This document shows, in pieces, positions 48,796 to 59,485 of a DNA stretch of 64,000 nucleotides (the stretch's first letter is position 1; every line of letters starts with the position of its first letter). The stretch comes from an uncultured Pseudomonadales bacterium (GTDB lineage: Bacteria > Pseudomonadota > Gammaproteobacteria > Pseudomonadales > Pseudohongiellaceae): assembly GCA_947259995.1 (NCBI GenBank), contig CAMYOK010000002.1, positions 224,881 to 288,880 on the forward strand, written 5' to 3'. The notes under the pieces were generated by a model, which had not been told where the DNA came from, made no database searches, and worked only from the letters and a program-made list of their open reading frames with translations. A program made the translations under genes and the position numbers.

Positions 48796-49464
48796 GTGAT
48801 GCACACAACCAAGAAAACGCTACTGGCAGCGGGGCTTATTTCTGTCTCTATAGTGGGAAGTTTATTCCTAGGCATCACACTAGGAAGCTCCGACCTACTA
48901 GATAAAGGCTCTTTTCTAGGCCAACAAAGCGCAGAAAACACTAAGCACTCCTTGTTGGAGAAGCTCGAAAAAAGTGCCGCGCAACAGGCTCAAACTCAAT
49001 CCAAGCAAACCTTTTTAAACCCACCTTTTGCCGGCTTCTCCAACTCTTTGTTGGCCGACCCCATCACGCAGATGCAGCAGATGGAAGAAGAGATGGATAG
49101 AATTTTCTCGGGTTTCACAAGCCCTGGCTTTGGCACTCGATCGAGCCTTTTTGGCAGCAGCTTTAGCTCTATGCAACAGCCACAAGTGGATGTTGAAGAA
49201 ACCGACGATGAGTTCAGAGTCGTTATCTCTATCGACGAGGGTAGCGAGTTAAATTTACAAACCGATCTTGCCGACAACAAACTTTCGATCACTGCCCAGG
49301 TACGTAAGCAAACACAGAACAACAGTAGCGGCAGTCAAATGAGTAGCTCTTTTACGAGTCAATTTTCGCGGGAGTTCATTCTAGATGAGCCGATTGATGC
49401 GACAGCAATGCAGACAGAAAAGTCTGACTCTGCTGTCACAATTCGGATTCCGAAATTATCATAA
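48796..49464 (+). CDS. Hsp20/alpha-crystallin-domain protein with an N-terminal signal/anchor sequence
   Basis: 222 aa. The N-terminal hydrophobic segment is TLLAAGLISVSIVGSLFLGITLG. The C-terminal alpha-crystallin-like domain is PQVDVEETDDEFRVVISID...FSREFILDEPIDATAMQTEKSDSAVTIRIPK. Confidence 0.65.
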   Translation: MMHTTKKTLLAAGLISVSIVGSLFLGITLGSSDLLDKGSFLGQQSAENTKHSLLEKLEKSAAQQAQTQSKQTFLNPPFAGFSNSLLADPITQMQQMEEEMDRIFSGFTSPGFGTRSSLFGSSFSSMQQPQVDVEETDDEFRVVISIDEGSELNLQTDLADNKLSITAQVRKQTQNNSSGSQMSSSFTSQFSREFILDEPIDATAMQTEKSDSAVTIRIPKLS

Positions 49465-49501
49465 AAGCTTGGGCTAGTGAGCTCTCACTAGCCCAAGGCT
49501 T

Positions 49502-51097
49502 TTAGAACTTTGAACTAAGCAACCAAACGTCGGCACGTCCCCACGCCTGTTCAAAACGCGCATCGATTACAGGGTCAGACTCGCCCTGCGCCGCCAACGC
49601 CTGTTTGATGCCAAATAAAGACCAACCATTATGAGGGTGCTCGCTCAAGTCTTCCTGATATAAGGCAATGGCTTTGTCGTACTCACCGACCTCGATATAG
49701 GCAGCTCCTAACCAATGTTTGGCGGAGAATGGATAAGGCTCTGGCTCGTCATACATAATATTATCGTATGCGTCGGTAGCCATCTCGAAAGCGGCGACAG
49801 CACTGGCCATATCTCCTGTACTCCAGGCGATCTCACCACGCAAAATTCCAACAAGAACATTCAATAAATTTTTACCGTCATGAAAGCGATAGTTATCTGT
49901 AGTGTCCTGAGCTAATTGCTCTAACTGCTCTAGGTAGTCTCGCGCGGCCATGGTGTCGCCCATTTTCAAAGCAGCATACCCTTGCGCGAAATCCCAAGAC
50001 CCACCATCGAAGTCGCTATTCTCTGGTCGATTGCTAACGGCAGCTACCTCATCGAAACGTCCAAAACGCACTAGCGTTAACACGTGATACATGGAGCTAT
50101 TCATGATTTTGTCGTAATCTTTGCCGGCTTGAATCGCTAGCGCGCCCTGACCATCCATGCTCGCTGCAAACAGTAACATCGCGAGATTATGCATTGGATA
50201 GATCGCAAAGCCTTCGCCTATGGCTGCCTTTTGATCAGAGTGCCAAGCCATAATATTGGCCCGCACAGAGTCGTTCCAACGGCCGATTTCGTTCCAAGTG
50301 TGGCTGGGCATATGATTGATATGGCTCGCCCCAGGAATTGAGTTACCGATAAACTCGGCGCACTCTTCTGCCAAGCCGGGGTTAGTCGTAGATTCGGTTG
50401 CATGTATATAGAGGTGGCACGCACCCGTGTGATGAATATCGCGTTCCAAAACGCTCGTTAAAACACCATGCAGTTTTACCACATTGGGGTCATCCAGTTC
50501 GCGAGTGCCTCGACGAGGCTCCAACAAGAATAAGGAGTCGCCATACAGCGTCACGATATCTAGATCATTTGGGTACTTCGCCGCTAGTGCTTCCATCTCT
50601 TGCGCATAGGCTCGCTCTTGATCCATCCGCCTCTCTGGCGTGAAATCATCAACATAGCGAACGGACATGGCTCGAATTAGATCGGCCTCTTTGCTACTGG
50701 CATTGCCGATCAGGTCGAGCGCGGCGCGAATTGCTGCATAGGCTCTGGGCGATTTGTCGGCACTCATCGGACCATTGAGATAGGACCCCCAGGCCCAGGC
50801 TTCGCCCCAAAAACAAATCGCGCAATCGGGGTCTAATTTCTGCGCTTCCCTAAATGAGCGTGCGGCATCCTCTGTCGTGAAGGAGTACATCATCTGAAAG
50901 CCTTGATCGAAAAACGCTTGCGCTTGCGGCACCTCTGTAGAGATTGGATAGCTGAAGTCACCAAGGGCAACACTATAAAGTGGTATTGGCGTATCGAATG
51001 AGTCTGGGTAGTCAATTTCCTGTGCTAACCCCAAATGCCCTATTGCAGACATTAGCAACACACTGACCAACTTAACCTTGCACTTCATAACCATCAC
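49502..51097 (-). CDS. Secreted TPR-repeat-like hypothetical protein
   Basis: 531 aa with a signal peptide (LVSVLLMSAIGHLGLAQE) and helical repeat character with TPR-like A/Y/G spacing. No specific family recognised. Confidence 0.55.
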   Translation of the reverse strand: MMVMKCKVKLVSVLLMSAIGHLGLAQEIDYPDSFDTPIPLYSVALGDFSYPISTEVPQAQAFFDQGFQMMYSFTTEDAARSFREAQKLDPDCAICFWGEAWAWGSYLNGPMSADKSPRAYAAIRAALDLIGNASSKEADLIRAMSVRYVDDFTPERRMDQERAYAQEMEALAAKYPNDLDIVTLYGDSLFLLEPRRGTRELDDPNVVKLHGVLTSVLERDIHHTGACHLYIHATESTTNPGLAEECAEFIGNSIPGASHINHMPSHTWNEIGRWNDSVRANIMAWHSDQKAAIGEGFAIYPMHNLAMLLFAASMDGQGALAIQAGKDYDKIMNSSMYHVLTLVRFGRFDEVAAVSNRPENSDFDGGSWDFAQGYAALKMGDTMAARDYLEQLEQLAQDTTDNYRFHDGKNLLNVLVGILRGEIAWSTGDMASAVAAFEMATDAYDNIMYDEPEPYPFSAKHWLGAAYIEVGEYDKAIALYQEDLSEHPHNGWSLFGIKQALAAQGESDPVIDARFEQAWGRADVWLLSSKF

Positions 51098-51174
51098 CCC
51101 TACTTATATTTAGTTAACAGAAGCCTAGACAAGCCAATAGGGCTTGTCTATCTAGCAATTGCAAAAAAATGATC

Positions 51175-52146
51175 CTATCGCCTTGCTTGCAACCACCAAT
51201 ACAAGGTTGTTGAGACCAGCTCTGCGCCATCTTGTTGTACAAAATGCCCGGCGTTCGGCACCGTCACGATCGTCGTATCGGCATCGATCCAGTCCCAGGT
51301 ATTATTCAGTCCATCCGAATGCAGCGCCACGTCAGCTAAGCCGTGAAAGATCAGTACTGGCATTTGCAGGCGCGGCACCGGCGGCGGAGCAGGAATCTGC
51401 TCACTTTGCTCGCGCAGCTCGGGGTAGTTCATTTTGTAATACGCTAGCATGGCATCAAAGTCTGACAACCCGAACGCCTCAACATAGCGTTTCTTGGCCT
51501 CTGGGTCTGTCACCCAACTCGCCAGCGTCTCCGGCGTCATTGCTTGTCCGAAAAAGATATCGGGGTCACTAGGAGAGCCCTGCTGGAAACGCTGCGCGTA
51601 TGCTGAGTTAGCTCTTTGCTCTGGGTTAATAGTCAATTCTCGCAATTGCCCAACAGGATGAGGCAAATTAAGAATCACCAATTTATCCACCATTTGCGGG
51701 TAATTGAAGGCGAACTGCCAAGACACCGCGCCACCCCAGTCGTGCCCAACGATAATCGCCTTTTCCTGCCCTAGGTGCGAAATGACAGCCGCTACATCAG
51801 CAATAAGCCTTGCCATAGCATATTGCTCATTCCCAGCGGGCTTATCGCTTAGGTTATAGCCCCGTTGATCGATGGCGACTACTTGATAGTCTGCCTTTAG
51901 CGCCTGCATTTGATGACGCCAGCTGTACCAAAAATCCGGAAAACCGTGGATCATCACGACTAGAGGCCCCTTACCAACACTGGCGTAGTGGATCTTAACG
52001 CCTTCGTTGTCGGCATAACCGTGCTCTACTTCTTCCCATATGTCTGCGCTTGCCATCGTCACTCCCCCCAAGCTCAAAATGATCAGCGTCACTAATAGTC
52101 TCACCCATTGCAGTGATCTCATCGCCCCTTTCCCCCGTATTTTCAT
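51175..52146 (-). CDS. Alpha/beta hydrolase (epoxide hydrolase-like), secreted
   Basis: Has [13 protein letters not shown] (the HGxP oxyanion motif of the epoxide hydrolase/haloalkane dehalogenase clade), the nucleophile elbow VGHDWGG and the C-terminal GHFVQQD. I chose the start at Met14 (52146). Confidence 0.8.
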   Translation of the reverse strand: MKIRGKGAMRSLQWVRLLVTLIILSLGGVTMASADIWEEVEHGYADNEGVKIHYASVGKGPLVVMIHGFPDFWYSWRHQMQALKADYQVVAIDQRGYNLSDKPAGNEQYAMARLIADVAAVISHLGQEKAIIVGHDWGGAVSWQFAFNYPQMVDKLVILNLPHPVGQLRELTINPEQRANSAYAQRFQQGSPSDPDIFFGQAMTPETLASWVTDPEAKKRYVEAFGLSDFDAMLAYYKMNYPELREQSEQIPAPPPVPRLQMPVLIFHGLADVALHSDGLNNTWDWIDADTTIVTVPNAGHFVQQDGAELVSTTLYWWLQARR

Positions 52147-52250
52147 AGAGGTTTCATCATAAAGAGTTTGCTCACAGCTGACCAATAATTGACGTCTTCC
52201 GTGCCTATTTACGATAAGCTTGCAGGCTCCTCATCGCACCCAAGGGACCC

Positions 52251-53447
52251 ATGATCAACGACGCACAGACCGCCATACAAAATTTCTTTCGCATGGAATC
52301 CGCAAGCGGCATTTTACTTATGTTTGCCGCCCTGCTCGCTTTGGTCTTGGCCAACTCCCCCTTATCGGTTTGGTACGATCTGCTAATCGATACGCCCGTT
52401 CAGGTTCGGGTTGGACAACTAGACGTTGCCAAACCTCTGCTGCTGTGGATTAACGACGGCCTAATGGCCTTATTCTTCTTCCTTGTAGGCTTAGAGCTCA
52501 AACGTGAGCTCATAGAGGGCGAACTATCAGATCGACGTAAAATCATTCTGCCAGGCTTTGGCGCTATTGGGGGCATGCTTTTCCCGGCGGCCATCTATCT
52601 TGCTATCAATTATGGCGATGCCGATGCCACTGCTGGATGGGCTATTCCCGCCGCCACCGATATCGCGTTTGCATTAGGGATACTCTCCCTACTCGGCTCC
52701 CGCGTTCCTGTTACGGTAAAGATATTTCTCACCTCACTCGCTATTTTCGATGACATCGGTGCGATTGTGATCATCGCGGCGTTCTATACTGCCCAAATCT
52801 CGCTGCTGTCCCTGTTGATTGCCGGTCTTTGCATCCCGGTGCTCTTTATCTTGAATCGTAAGGGAGTGACATCTCGAAGCGTCTACCGAATGATCGGCAT
52901 CATCATGTGGGTCGCCATGCTCAAATCAGGAGTCCATGCGACCTTGACCGGTGTCATCTTGGCACTGTTCGTGCCCATGCGCTGTAGCAGCGATCCCGAT
53001 GCTAGGCCATTACACGAATGGGAGCATGACCTGCATACTCTCGTCGCCTTTGTCGTACTCCCCGTCTTTGCCTTTGCCAATGCAGGCATCAGCTTACAAG
53101 GCGTTGGCGTAGAGCAACTCTTCCACGGCGTGCCCCTAGGCATTACGCTTGGTCTATTCATTGGCAAGCAAGTGGGTGTCTTTGGCATGTGCTGGTTCGC
53201 CATCAAATGCAAATGGACGGACATGCCCGAGGGGATGAATTGGACCTCACTGTATGCCACGGGCATTCTCTGCGGCATTGGTTTCACTATGAGCTTGTTT
53301 ATCGGCTCCCTTGCGTTTGAAAGCACTGGCGTGAACCTATTGTTTGACGAAAGGCTTGGTATCCTATTAGGCTCGCTGCTTTCGGGGATCTTTGGCTACC
53401 TACTTTTACGCTACAGCCTTCGCAAAGAGAGCACGGAACCGCAATAA
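52251..53447 (+). CDS. nhaA: Na+/H+ antiporter NhaA
   Basis: 398 aa. Has [21 protein letters not shown] and [11 protein letters not shown], plus the DD motif (AIFDDIGAI). Confidence 0.95.
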   Translation: MINDAQTAIQNFFRMESASGILLMFAALLALVLANSPLSVWYDLLIDTPVQVRVGQLDVAKPLLLWINDGLMALFFFLVGLELKRELIEGELSDRRKIILPGFGAIGGMLFPAAIYLAINYGDADATAGWAIPAATDIAFALGILSLLGSRVPVTVKIFLTSLAIFDDIGAIVIIAAFYTAQISLLSLLIAGLCIPVLFILNRKGVTSRSVYRMIGIIMWVAMLKSGVHATLTGVILALFVPMRCSSDPDARPLHEWEHDLHTLVAFVVLPVFAFANAGISLQGVGVEQLFHGVPLGITLGLFIGKQVGVFGMCWFAIKCKWTDMPEGMNWTSLYATGILCGIGFTMSLFIGSLAFESTGVNLLFDERLGILLGSLLSGIFGYLLLRYSLRKESTEPQ

Positions 53448-54040
53448 TGATCAGCAAACATCGTCTACACCGTGCTGTAGGCATCCTTCTACTCTGCCCG
53501 TTGGCGGCTTGGTCGCTTACGGGCCTAGTGTTTCTCATTCAGCCAGGTTACGGCGCAGCCTATGCAGCGCTTCGCGTAAAAACCTACCCGCTGGACACCC
53601 TCATCGAGATTCCTGCCAACCCACAGTGGCAAGAAGTTCGGCTGCTGCGTACAGTCCTAGGGACCCATCTATTAGCGAAAACTAACACGAGCAACATCCA
53701 CTTAGATGCTCTGACAAAACAAGCGTTTCCAATGCCCAGCGACGCCCAACAACGGCGCTTGATCTCCGATGCGATTTCAGACAAGGCTGAGCGTTATGGG
53801 CAGCTCACAATGCTAGATGACAGCCTTGCGACTACTAGCAGCGGCATCGAAATTCGATTGCACTGGGAGACTCTTGCGCTACAACAGTATGGCAATGATA
53901 CCCGTTGGATCGATCGCCTCTATCGCGTGCACTACTTACAGTGGACTGGCATCGGGGCCCTAGACAAAATTATCGGTGTCATCGGGCTCCTTTTACTTTT
54001 ACTAACCAGCATCACGGGCTTCAAGCTACTTAGACAATAA
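53447..54040 (+). CDS. Hypothetical two-TM membrane protein (PepSY-TM-like helices)
   Basis: 197 aa. Its start overlaps the nhaA stop (TAATG). It has N- and C-terminal TM helices with HRxxG and YRVHYLQW-type motifs reminiscent of PepSY-associated TM proteins. The call is tentative. Confidence 0.45.
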   Translation: MISKHRLHRAVGILLLCPLAAWSLTGLVFLIQPGYGAAYAALRVKTYPLDTLIEIPANPQWQEVRLLRTVLGTHLLAKTNTSNIHLDALTKQAFPMPSDAQQRRLISDAISDKAERYGQLTMLDDSLATTSSGIEIRLHWETLALQQYGNDTRWIDRLYRVHYLQWTGIGALDKIIGVIGLLLLLLTSITGFKLLRQ

Positions 54041-54083
54041 ATTGACAATATAAACGACTACGCTTTTGCACAAAACGTAGGCA

Positions 54084-54124
54084 TAAAAAAAGGCGGACTC
54101 TACAAGAGCCCGCCTTTTTATTTT
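54084..54124. terminator. Bidirectional rho-independent terminator (A-run, GGCGGACTC-TACAA-GAGCCCGCC, T-run)
   Basis: 9 bp stem with one mismatch, flanked by A8 and T-rich runs. It lies between convergent genes (53447-54040 on + and the TonB-dependent receptor on -). Confidence 0.6.
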
Positions 54125-54162
54125 GCGTTGCTGTTAGCTAGGCTAACAACGGCGCGCAGTCC

Positions 54163-57060
54163 TTACAGTTCGTAAGAAACACGTGCGTAGACCATGCGGC
54201 CAGTCGGATCATATAGAGTTGATTCCATACCGCCCAACATTGGTACTTTCTGTGGCATTCTGTCAAACAGATTGCGCGCACCAACAGTCAATGCAAACTC
54301 ACCACCTAACGCTTCGTAACCAGTGAAGTTGTACGCTGCATCTACGATTGTAGAGGCGTGCAATTCGCTAGTTGCGCGGTAGTTGCTGAATGGCAAGAAG
54401 CGCTGGAACGAGAATGGGTTCGCATCGAATACCATGTCGTCGATGTAACGAACAGTCATGTTGGCACTGTGCTGACCACGGATCCAGCTCAGGTTCATGT
54501 TCGCTTTCCACTCTGGCATTGCAGGAACCGCACCAGTGTTATCGTTCTGCAGGCCTACCGCTTCAACTACATCGCGGTCAGCAGACAATTGATACTGGTA
54601 AGACTCTACAAATGTGCCACTTAGGCCAACATTGAACATGCCTAGATCACCAATCTCGAAACGGTAATCCCACTGGATGTCGAATGCTTCAACGTACATG
54701 CTAGACGCGTTCGAATCACCAGAGATGATGCGATCGATCTGTGCAAGGTTGTTTGCGTTGCGCTGGATGCGCTTGTCAGAACGTGGATCTGCAACCCATG
54801 CAGCAACTTGCTCAAGTGTAGGCTTTTCAGTACCTGAACCAGAGCCAGTGAAGCCAGTGGCTTGCTGGAAGTTGTAGAAGTCCGTTGCCAACACGTCGTT
54901 AGTCGTAGAAGTTACGATACGATCAGTGAAGTCAGTTTCGCTGTAGTCGATAGAAAGCGTCATGCCTTCGATCAAGTCTAGCTCAAAACCAATACTCAAA
55001 GTGTCTGCTGATTCTGGTACTAGGTCTGGGTTACCGCGTGAACAGTTCGCCGTGAATGCTGCGAATGTTGTGAACGGGTCAGCGATGTTGCTCAAACCAC
55101 AAGACTCAGGCTCGTTCAACTGCGTCAATGAAGGCGCAATGAAAGAAGAACCGGCACTTGCACGTAGAGTCAAACGATCGAATGGTACGTATACCAAACC
55201 GAACTTAGGATCTGTAGAGCTCTGACCAGTTGAGTAAGCTTCGTCACGAACAGCCAATTGGAATTCTAGGTTGTCTAGAACTGGCACTGAAAGCTCTGCG
55301 AAATAAGCATCAACAGTACGGCCATCACTGAATGGACGTTCTTGCGTACCGATGAAAACGTCACCGTTTTGTGTGTGGTACGAAGGAGACGTGCTTAGAC
55401 GGTCAGAACGACGCTGGTAACCAATTGCTGCGCCGATTGTTCCGCCTGGTAGTGAGAAGCTAGGCATGATTTCGCCGTTCAATACCAAGTCGAAAGTCTG
55501 TAGCTTGTCTTCGTCATTGATGCGGTTCTGTAGGTACGTAGAGTCCGCTACAGCTTGCGTGTTCAAGTTTGAACCATCAGTAGAGATGAATGGATTGAAA
55601 CATGCTTCAGTATCATTCACTACGTCACAGTTTAGGCCTTGCTCAAGCGCATTGAAGCTAAAGTTGTTCGCTAGACTCTTATCTTGCTGGTAAGAGAACG
55701 TGTAAGTTGCGTTACCGCGCCAATCTTCTAGGAAAGGAACAGCGAAGTCTGCCTTGAATGCCTGACGAATGCCGCGGATGTACGCGTCACCGACAGTAGA
55801 GCCGTCGCTTGCAAGCTGTGAAGGTAATGTACCGTGCTTGCCCCATGGACGCCATGCACCGAAGTTAACATCTTCGTTGAATGCGATACCGGCTGGATCA
55901 AGGATTACAACGCCAGAACCGTTACGGTCTGGTACGCCATCACCATTCGCGTCTTGTGCGTACAACTGGTTGCCATTCGCATCTACCGCTGGGAATGGGT
56001 TGCCTGGCAACTCACCACGGATAGTCGGAAGGTCTGACACACGGCCACCTGGGTTAGATGGTGAGCCACGGTTGTAGTTACGACGTGAGAAATAGTTAGT
56101 CTGAGCACTGATGCTGAAATCAGGAGTGACATCATAGTCCAAGCTTAGGAATGCAGTACCAGTGTCTTGTGCAACACGGTAGTCCCAGAATTCACCGAAG
56201 TCATACCAGCATTGGCCAGCAAAAGTGAAACCATTTGGGTTTGCGCCGATTTGTGTTGGGTCTTGACGAGCGCCACCACAGCCTGGATCAGAGATAGTCT
56301 GAACATTGCCAGTTAGAACGCCGTTCTCATCACGTGTAGGGACAAGGTAACGACCTGGGTTTGGCGTAGAAGATGACGTCAAACCAGCATTCATCTGGTC
56401 TGGGCGATCACGCATTTCTAGACGGTTGTTTGTACGGAAGTCTGCAGCAGCAACGACGTTAACGCCATTCCACTCAGTACCTGCCAAGAAGCTGATAGTC
56501 GTATCGTGGTAGTCACCACGGCTATCGCCTTGCTGATAAAGTTCAACTTTCACGCCATCGTACGCTGTACGTGGTACGAAGTTTACAACGCCTGCTACCG
56601 CTTGTGAGCCGTATAGAGCCGCTGCGCCGTCAGTCACGATATCAAGACGCTGAATCGCGATTTGTGGCAAATAAGTGTTTACGTTCGTGCCGATAACACG
56701 CATGCCGTCAACCAATGTCAACGTTGCGCCTTCGCCAAGACCGCGGAGGTTAATACCAGTAGCTGTACTCGAAGCACCAGTGAAAGAGTTCTGTGTTACC
56801 GAAGAACCTTGGTTGAAACTAAGATTGGCGACAACGTCACCCATGTTAGGTGTACCTTCCGCTGCTAGATCATCAGCAGATAGCTGCGTAATTGGCGATG
56901 CAGCGCGAAAACCTTCTGTACGACGAATAAAAGAACCTGTTACAACAACTTCTTCTACTTCAGGAGCCTGCGCTAGCGCAGAACCGCTGATTTGCAGCAA
57001 GGAAATGGAAATGGCTGCACACAACAGCTTTTTCTGTGGAATTGAACTACTAAACTTCAT
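54163..57060 (-). CDS. TonB-dependent outer-membrane receptor
   Basis: 965 aa. Has a signal peptide, a TonB box/plug (EEVVVTGSFIRR...), and a C-terminal beta-barrel ending ...YARVSYEL, which lacks the usual terminal aromatic residue (Phe or Trp). Confidence 0.9.
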   Translation of the reverse strand: MKFSSSIPQKKLLCAAISISLLQISGSALAQAPEVEEVVVTGSFIRRTEGFRAASPITQLSADDLAAEGTPNMGDVVANLSFNQGSSVTQNSFTGASSTATGINLRGLGEGATLTLVDGMRVIGTNVNTYLPQIAIQRLDIVTDGAAALYGSQAVAGVVNFVPRTAYDGVKVELYQQGDSRGDYHDTTISFLAGTEWNGVNVVAAADFRTNNRLEMRDRPDQMNAGLTSSSTPNPGRYLVPTRDENGVLTGNVQTISDPGCGGARQDPTQIGANPNGFTFAGQCWYDFGEFWDYRVAQDTGTAFLSLDYDVTPDFSISAQTNYFSRRNYNRGSPSNPGGRVSDLPTIRGELPGNPFPAVDANGNQLYAQDANGDGVPDRNGSGVVILDPAGIAFNEDVNFGAWRPWGKHGTLPSQLASDGSTVGDAYIRGIRQAFKADFAVPFLEDWRGNATYTFSYQQDKSLANNFSFNALEQGLNCDVVNDTEACFNPFISTDGSNLNTQAVADSTYLQNRINDEDKLQTFDLVLNGEIMPSFSLPGGTIGAAIGYQRRSDRLSTSPSYHTQNGDVFIGTQERPFSDGRTVDAYFAELSVPVLDNLEFQLAVRDEAYSTGQSSTDPKFGLVYVPFDRLTLRASAGSSFIAPSLTQLNEPESCGLSNIADPFTTFAAFTANCSRGNPDLVPESADTLSIGFELDLIEGMTLSIDYSETDFTDRIVTSTTNDVLATDFYNFQQATGFTGSGSGTEKPTLEQVAAWVADPRSDKRIQRNANNLAQIDRIISGDSNASSMYVEAFDIQWDYRFEIGDLGMFNVGLSGTFVESYQYQLSADRDVVEAVGLQNDNTGAVPAMPEWKANMNLSWIRGQHSANMTVRYIDDMVFDANPFSFQRFLPFSNYRATSELHASTIVDAAYNFTGYEALGGEFALTVGARNLFDRMPQKVPMLGGMESTLYDPTGRMVYARVSYEL

Positions 57061-57464
57061 ATTTCGACCTCTAAAATTTTATTGTGGCCTACCCGACCTC
57101 GATCCCGCTTGCTCAATCCCTTGGCGGTGCCGGGTGGTCGTTTGATCTGATGAAGATAGGTGCCTAAACGTTATAGCTACTAGAGAATCCACTCTATACA
57201 ACGCCACACGACCGTAAGATGTGAGACGTGCCTATTATTCTTCAAATCGATTTTTACTCTCTCCCTCGACATACCCCACCCATGGGCAAGATATATCGGG
57301 CGATGAATATAACACCGAGGAAATTCATGTAAAGTATTAATTCAATTTATTGAAATTTGTTGAGGCTAAATAACTGTAATTTATAGTGACTATACTAATA
57401 GATGCATTAAAGGGGACGAGTGCCCCCTTAACGAAGGGGTATGTTGCAATTTGTAATAATTGAT

Positions 57465-58931
57465 TTAAATGCCTGATATACAAAGATATTTAAGCTCCAA
57501 ATACTCATCAATCCCGTATTTTGAGCCTTCACGCCCTAGCCCTGAGGCCTTCGTGCCCCCAAAAGGTGCCACTTCTGTGGAAATAAGTCCGGTGTTAATT
57601 CCAACCATTCCATACTCTAATGCCTCTGCTACTTGAAACACACGAGCTAAGTCTTTGGAATACAAGTAAGAAGCTAATCCAAACTCAGTATCATTGGCCA
57701 TACTGATCGCCTCCTCATCAGTTTCGAAACGCAACAGAGCAGCGACAGGGCCAAAAGTCTCTTCTTTTGTCAAAATAGCGTCTTGTGGCACATCTATAAG
57801 AATGCTGGGCTCAAAATAATTCCCACCCTTTTCATGGGTTTTGCCGCCAAGGGTCAGGCGCCCCCCTTTATCCAGCGCATCTTGAATATGTTCTTGCACC
57901 TTCTCCATGGCGTCGGCATTAATCAGAGGGCCAAGATCAACGCCTTCCTCTACACCATTGCCCACTTTTAAACGCTTAACTGCTGTGTTGAGCTTCTCTG
58001 CAAACTCGTCATAAACCCCTGATTGCACATAGAATCGATTCGCACAAACACAGGTTTGACCATTGTTTCGAAACTTGGAAACAATGGCCCCTTCTACAGC
58101 CGCGTCCACATCAGCATCATTGAATACGATGAAGGGGGCATTACCCCCTAATTCCAGAGAGACCCGCTTTACATCGTGCGAACACTGCGCCATCAACTGC
58201 CTGCCGATGTCTGTAGAGCCTGTAAATGACAGCTTGCGCACGATCGAGTTGCTCGTCAGCTCATCGCCAACTTTCTTGGCATTGCCCGTCACTACGTTTA
58301 GCACACCGGGCTCTACCCCCGCGCGCAGGGCGAGCTCTGCGAGCGCTAAAGCGGAATAAGGGGTTTGCGAGGCCGGCTTGACTACCATGGTGCAGCCTGC
58401 AGCCAATGCCGGTGCGGCCTTACGCGTCAACATTGCCGCGGGGAAATTCCAAGGGGTAATCGCCGCCGTGACACCTACCGGTTGTTTGATCACTAGAATA
58501 CGAGTGTCTTCTTGATGGCCGGGAATAGTGTCTCCATAGACACGCTTGGCCTCTTCAGAGAACCATTCAATAAACGAGGCCGCATAGGCGATCTCCCCGC
58601 GCGCCTCACTTAAAGGCTTGCCCTGCTCTAGGGTCATCAGGCGCGCCAAATCGTCCTGATTCTCCATAATCAGCTCAAACCAGCGCCGTAGAATAGCGCC
58701 GCGCTCCTTAGCGGTTTTTGCTCGCCACTTTGGTAATGCTCTCTCGGCTGATTCAATGGCGCGGCGCGCACCAGCTCCTCCCATATTAGGAACTGAGCCT
58801 AGGAGTTCGCCTGTCGCCGGATTGATAACCTCCAACACAGCATCATTGGTCGCCCGTTCCCATACCCCATCGATACAACAGCGTTGACGAAAAAGGGTTG
58901 GATCTTTGAGCTTTGGTTCGGTATTGGGCAT
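57465..58931 (-). CDS. gabD: NAD(P)-dependent succinate-semialdehyde dehydrogenase
   Basis: 488 aa. Has the aldehyde dehydrogenase motifs (ITPWNFP, LELGGNAP, the catalytic Cys in NGQTCVCANR, EETFGPV). The overall pattern matches GabD. Confidence 0.85.
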   Translation of the reverse strand: MPNTEPKLKDPTLFRQRCCIDGVWERATNDAVLEVINPATGELLGSVPNMGGAGARRAIESAERALPKWRAKTAKERGAILRRWFELIMENQDDLARLMTLEQGKPLSEARGEIAYAASFIEWFSEEAKRVYGDTIPGHQEDTRILVIKQPVGVTAAITPWNFPAAMLTRKAAPALAAGCTMVVKPASQTPYSALALAELALRAGVEPGVLNVVTGNAKKVGDELTSNSIVRKLSFTGSTDIGRQLMAQCSHDVKRVSLELGGNAPFIVFNDADVDAAVEGAIVSKFRNNGQTCVCANRFYVQSGVYDEFAEKLNTAVKRLKVGNGVEEGVDLGPLINADAMEKVQEHIQDALDKGGRLTLGGKTHEKGGNYFEPSILIDVPQDAILTKEETFGPVAALLRFETDEEAISMANDTEFGLASYLYSKDLARVFQVAEALEYGMVGINTGLISTEVAPFGGTKASGLGREGSKYGIDEYLELKYLCISGI

Positions 58932-58939
58932 AAGACTTC

Positions 58940-59485
58940 CTATTGCACTTGGCTATGGTCGACAAAACCGTCTCGATTGGGCATTTCGATAGTCGACAAA
59001 TTATTGTGAGTCAATTCAAACTCTTCACTAATGATGTCATTGAGAAAAAGTACGTAGGCCACCACCTGATAGACTTGCTGAGAACTCAAGGACTTAGGGG
59101 CTGTTGGTGGCATGGCTCGGCGTACATAATCAAACAATGTCGATGCGGAAGGCCAGTAATTGCCCACTGCCCTCACGAGCGGCTCACCGGCTGCATTGTT
59201 CTCCCCAACCAAGGCTGGGACCCCTGCCATTCCCTGACCTGACAGTCCATGGCAGCTAGCGCATTGTTGCTCATAGACTCCTCTACCTAGGAGCGCATTG
59301 CCTGCGCCCTCTGGCAAGCCTGTGCCATCGGGCATGACAATTAGATCCCAATCTTCAAGATCGGCTTCAGAGACTGGCTGGCCTAACCGTAGCGTGCCTT
59401 GCGCGGCGATGCCTGCATTGAGCATGCATAACAACAGAACAGCCAATGACCTTTTAATCACTCTGGAACGCTTATGCATAGACAT
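58940..59485 (-). CDS. sorB: Monoheme cytochrome c, sulfite dehydrogenase electron-acceptor subunit (SorB-like)
   Basis: Has a signal peptide from Met25 of the track ORF, the heme site CASCHG, and a distal Met in RRAMPP. Its start overlaps the stop of the upstream molybdoenzyme gene, indicating translational coupling. Confidence 0.65.
   Translation of the reverse strand: MSMHKRSRVIKRSLAVLLLCMLNAGIAAQGTLRLGQPVSEADLEDWDLIVMPDGTGLPEGAGNALLGRGVYEQQCASCHGLSGQGMAGVPALVGENNAAGEPLVRAVGNYWPSASTLFDYVRRAMPPTAPKSLSSQQVYQVVAYVLFLNDIISEEFELTHNNLSTIEMPNRDGFVDHSQVQ

Noticed and set aside
54163-57060. Horizontal acquisition of the TonB-dependent receptor, based on its different codon feel
   Set aside because: The bias (a preference for codons such as cgt, ggt and gaa) looks more like high-expression codon usage than foreign composition. 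Overall G+C appears similar to the flanks. I cannot quantify this without computation.
57061-57464. Riboswitch (cobalamin or TPP) or Fur box upstream of the TonB-dependent receptor
   Set aside because: Reading the minus strand, I found no B12-box-like or TPP-like conserved core, and only a short TTCAAT-TT-ATTGAA dyad (around 57350) that does not match the Fur consensus. The hairpin AAGGGG-N7-CCCCTT at about 57411-57432 is better explained as the gabD terminator.
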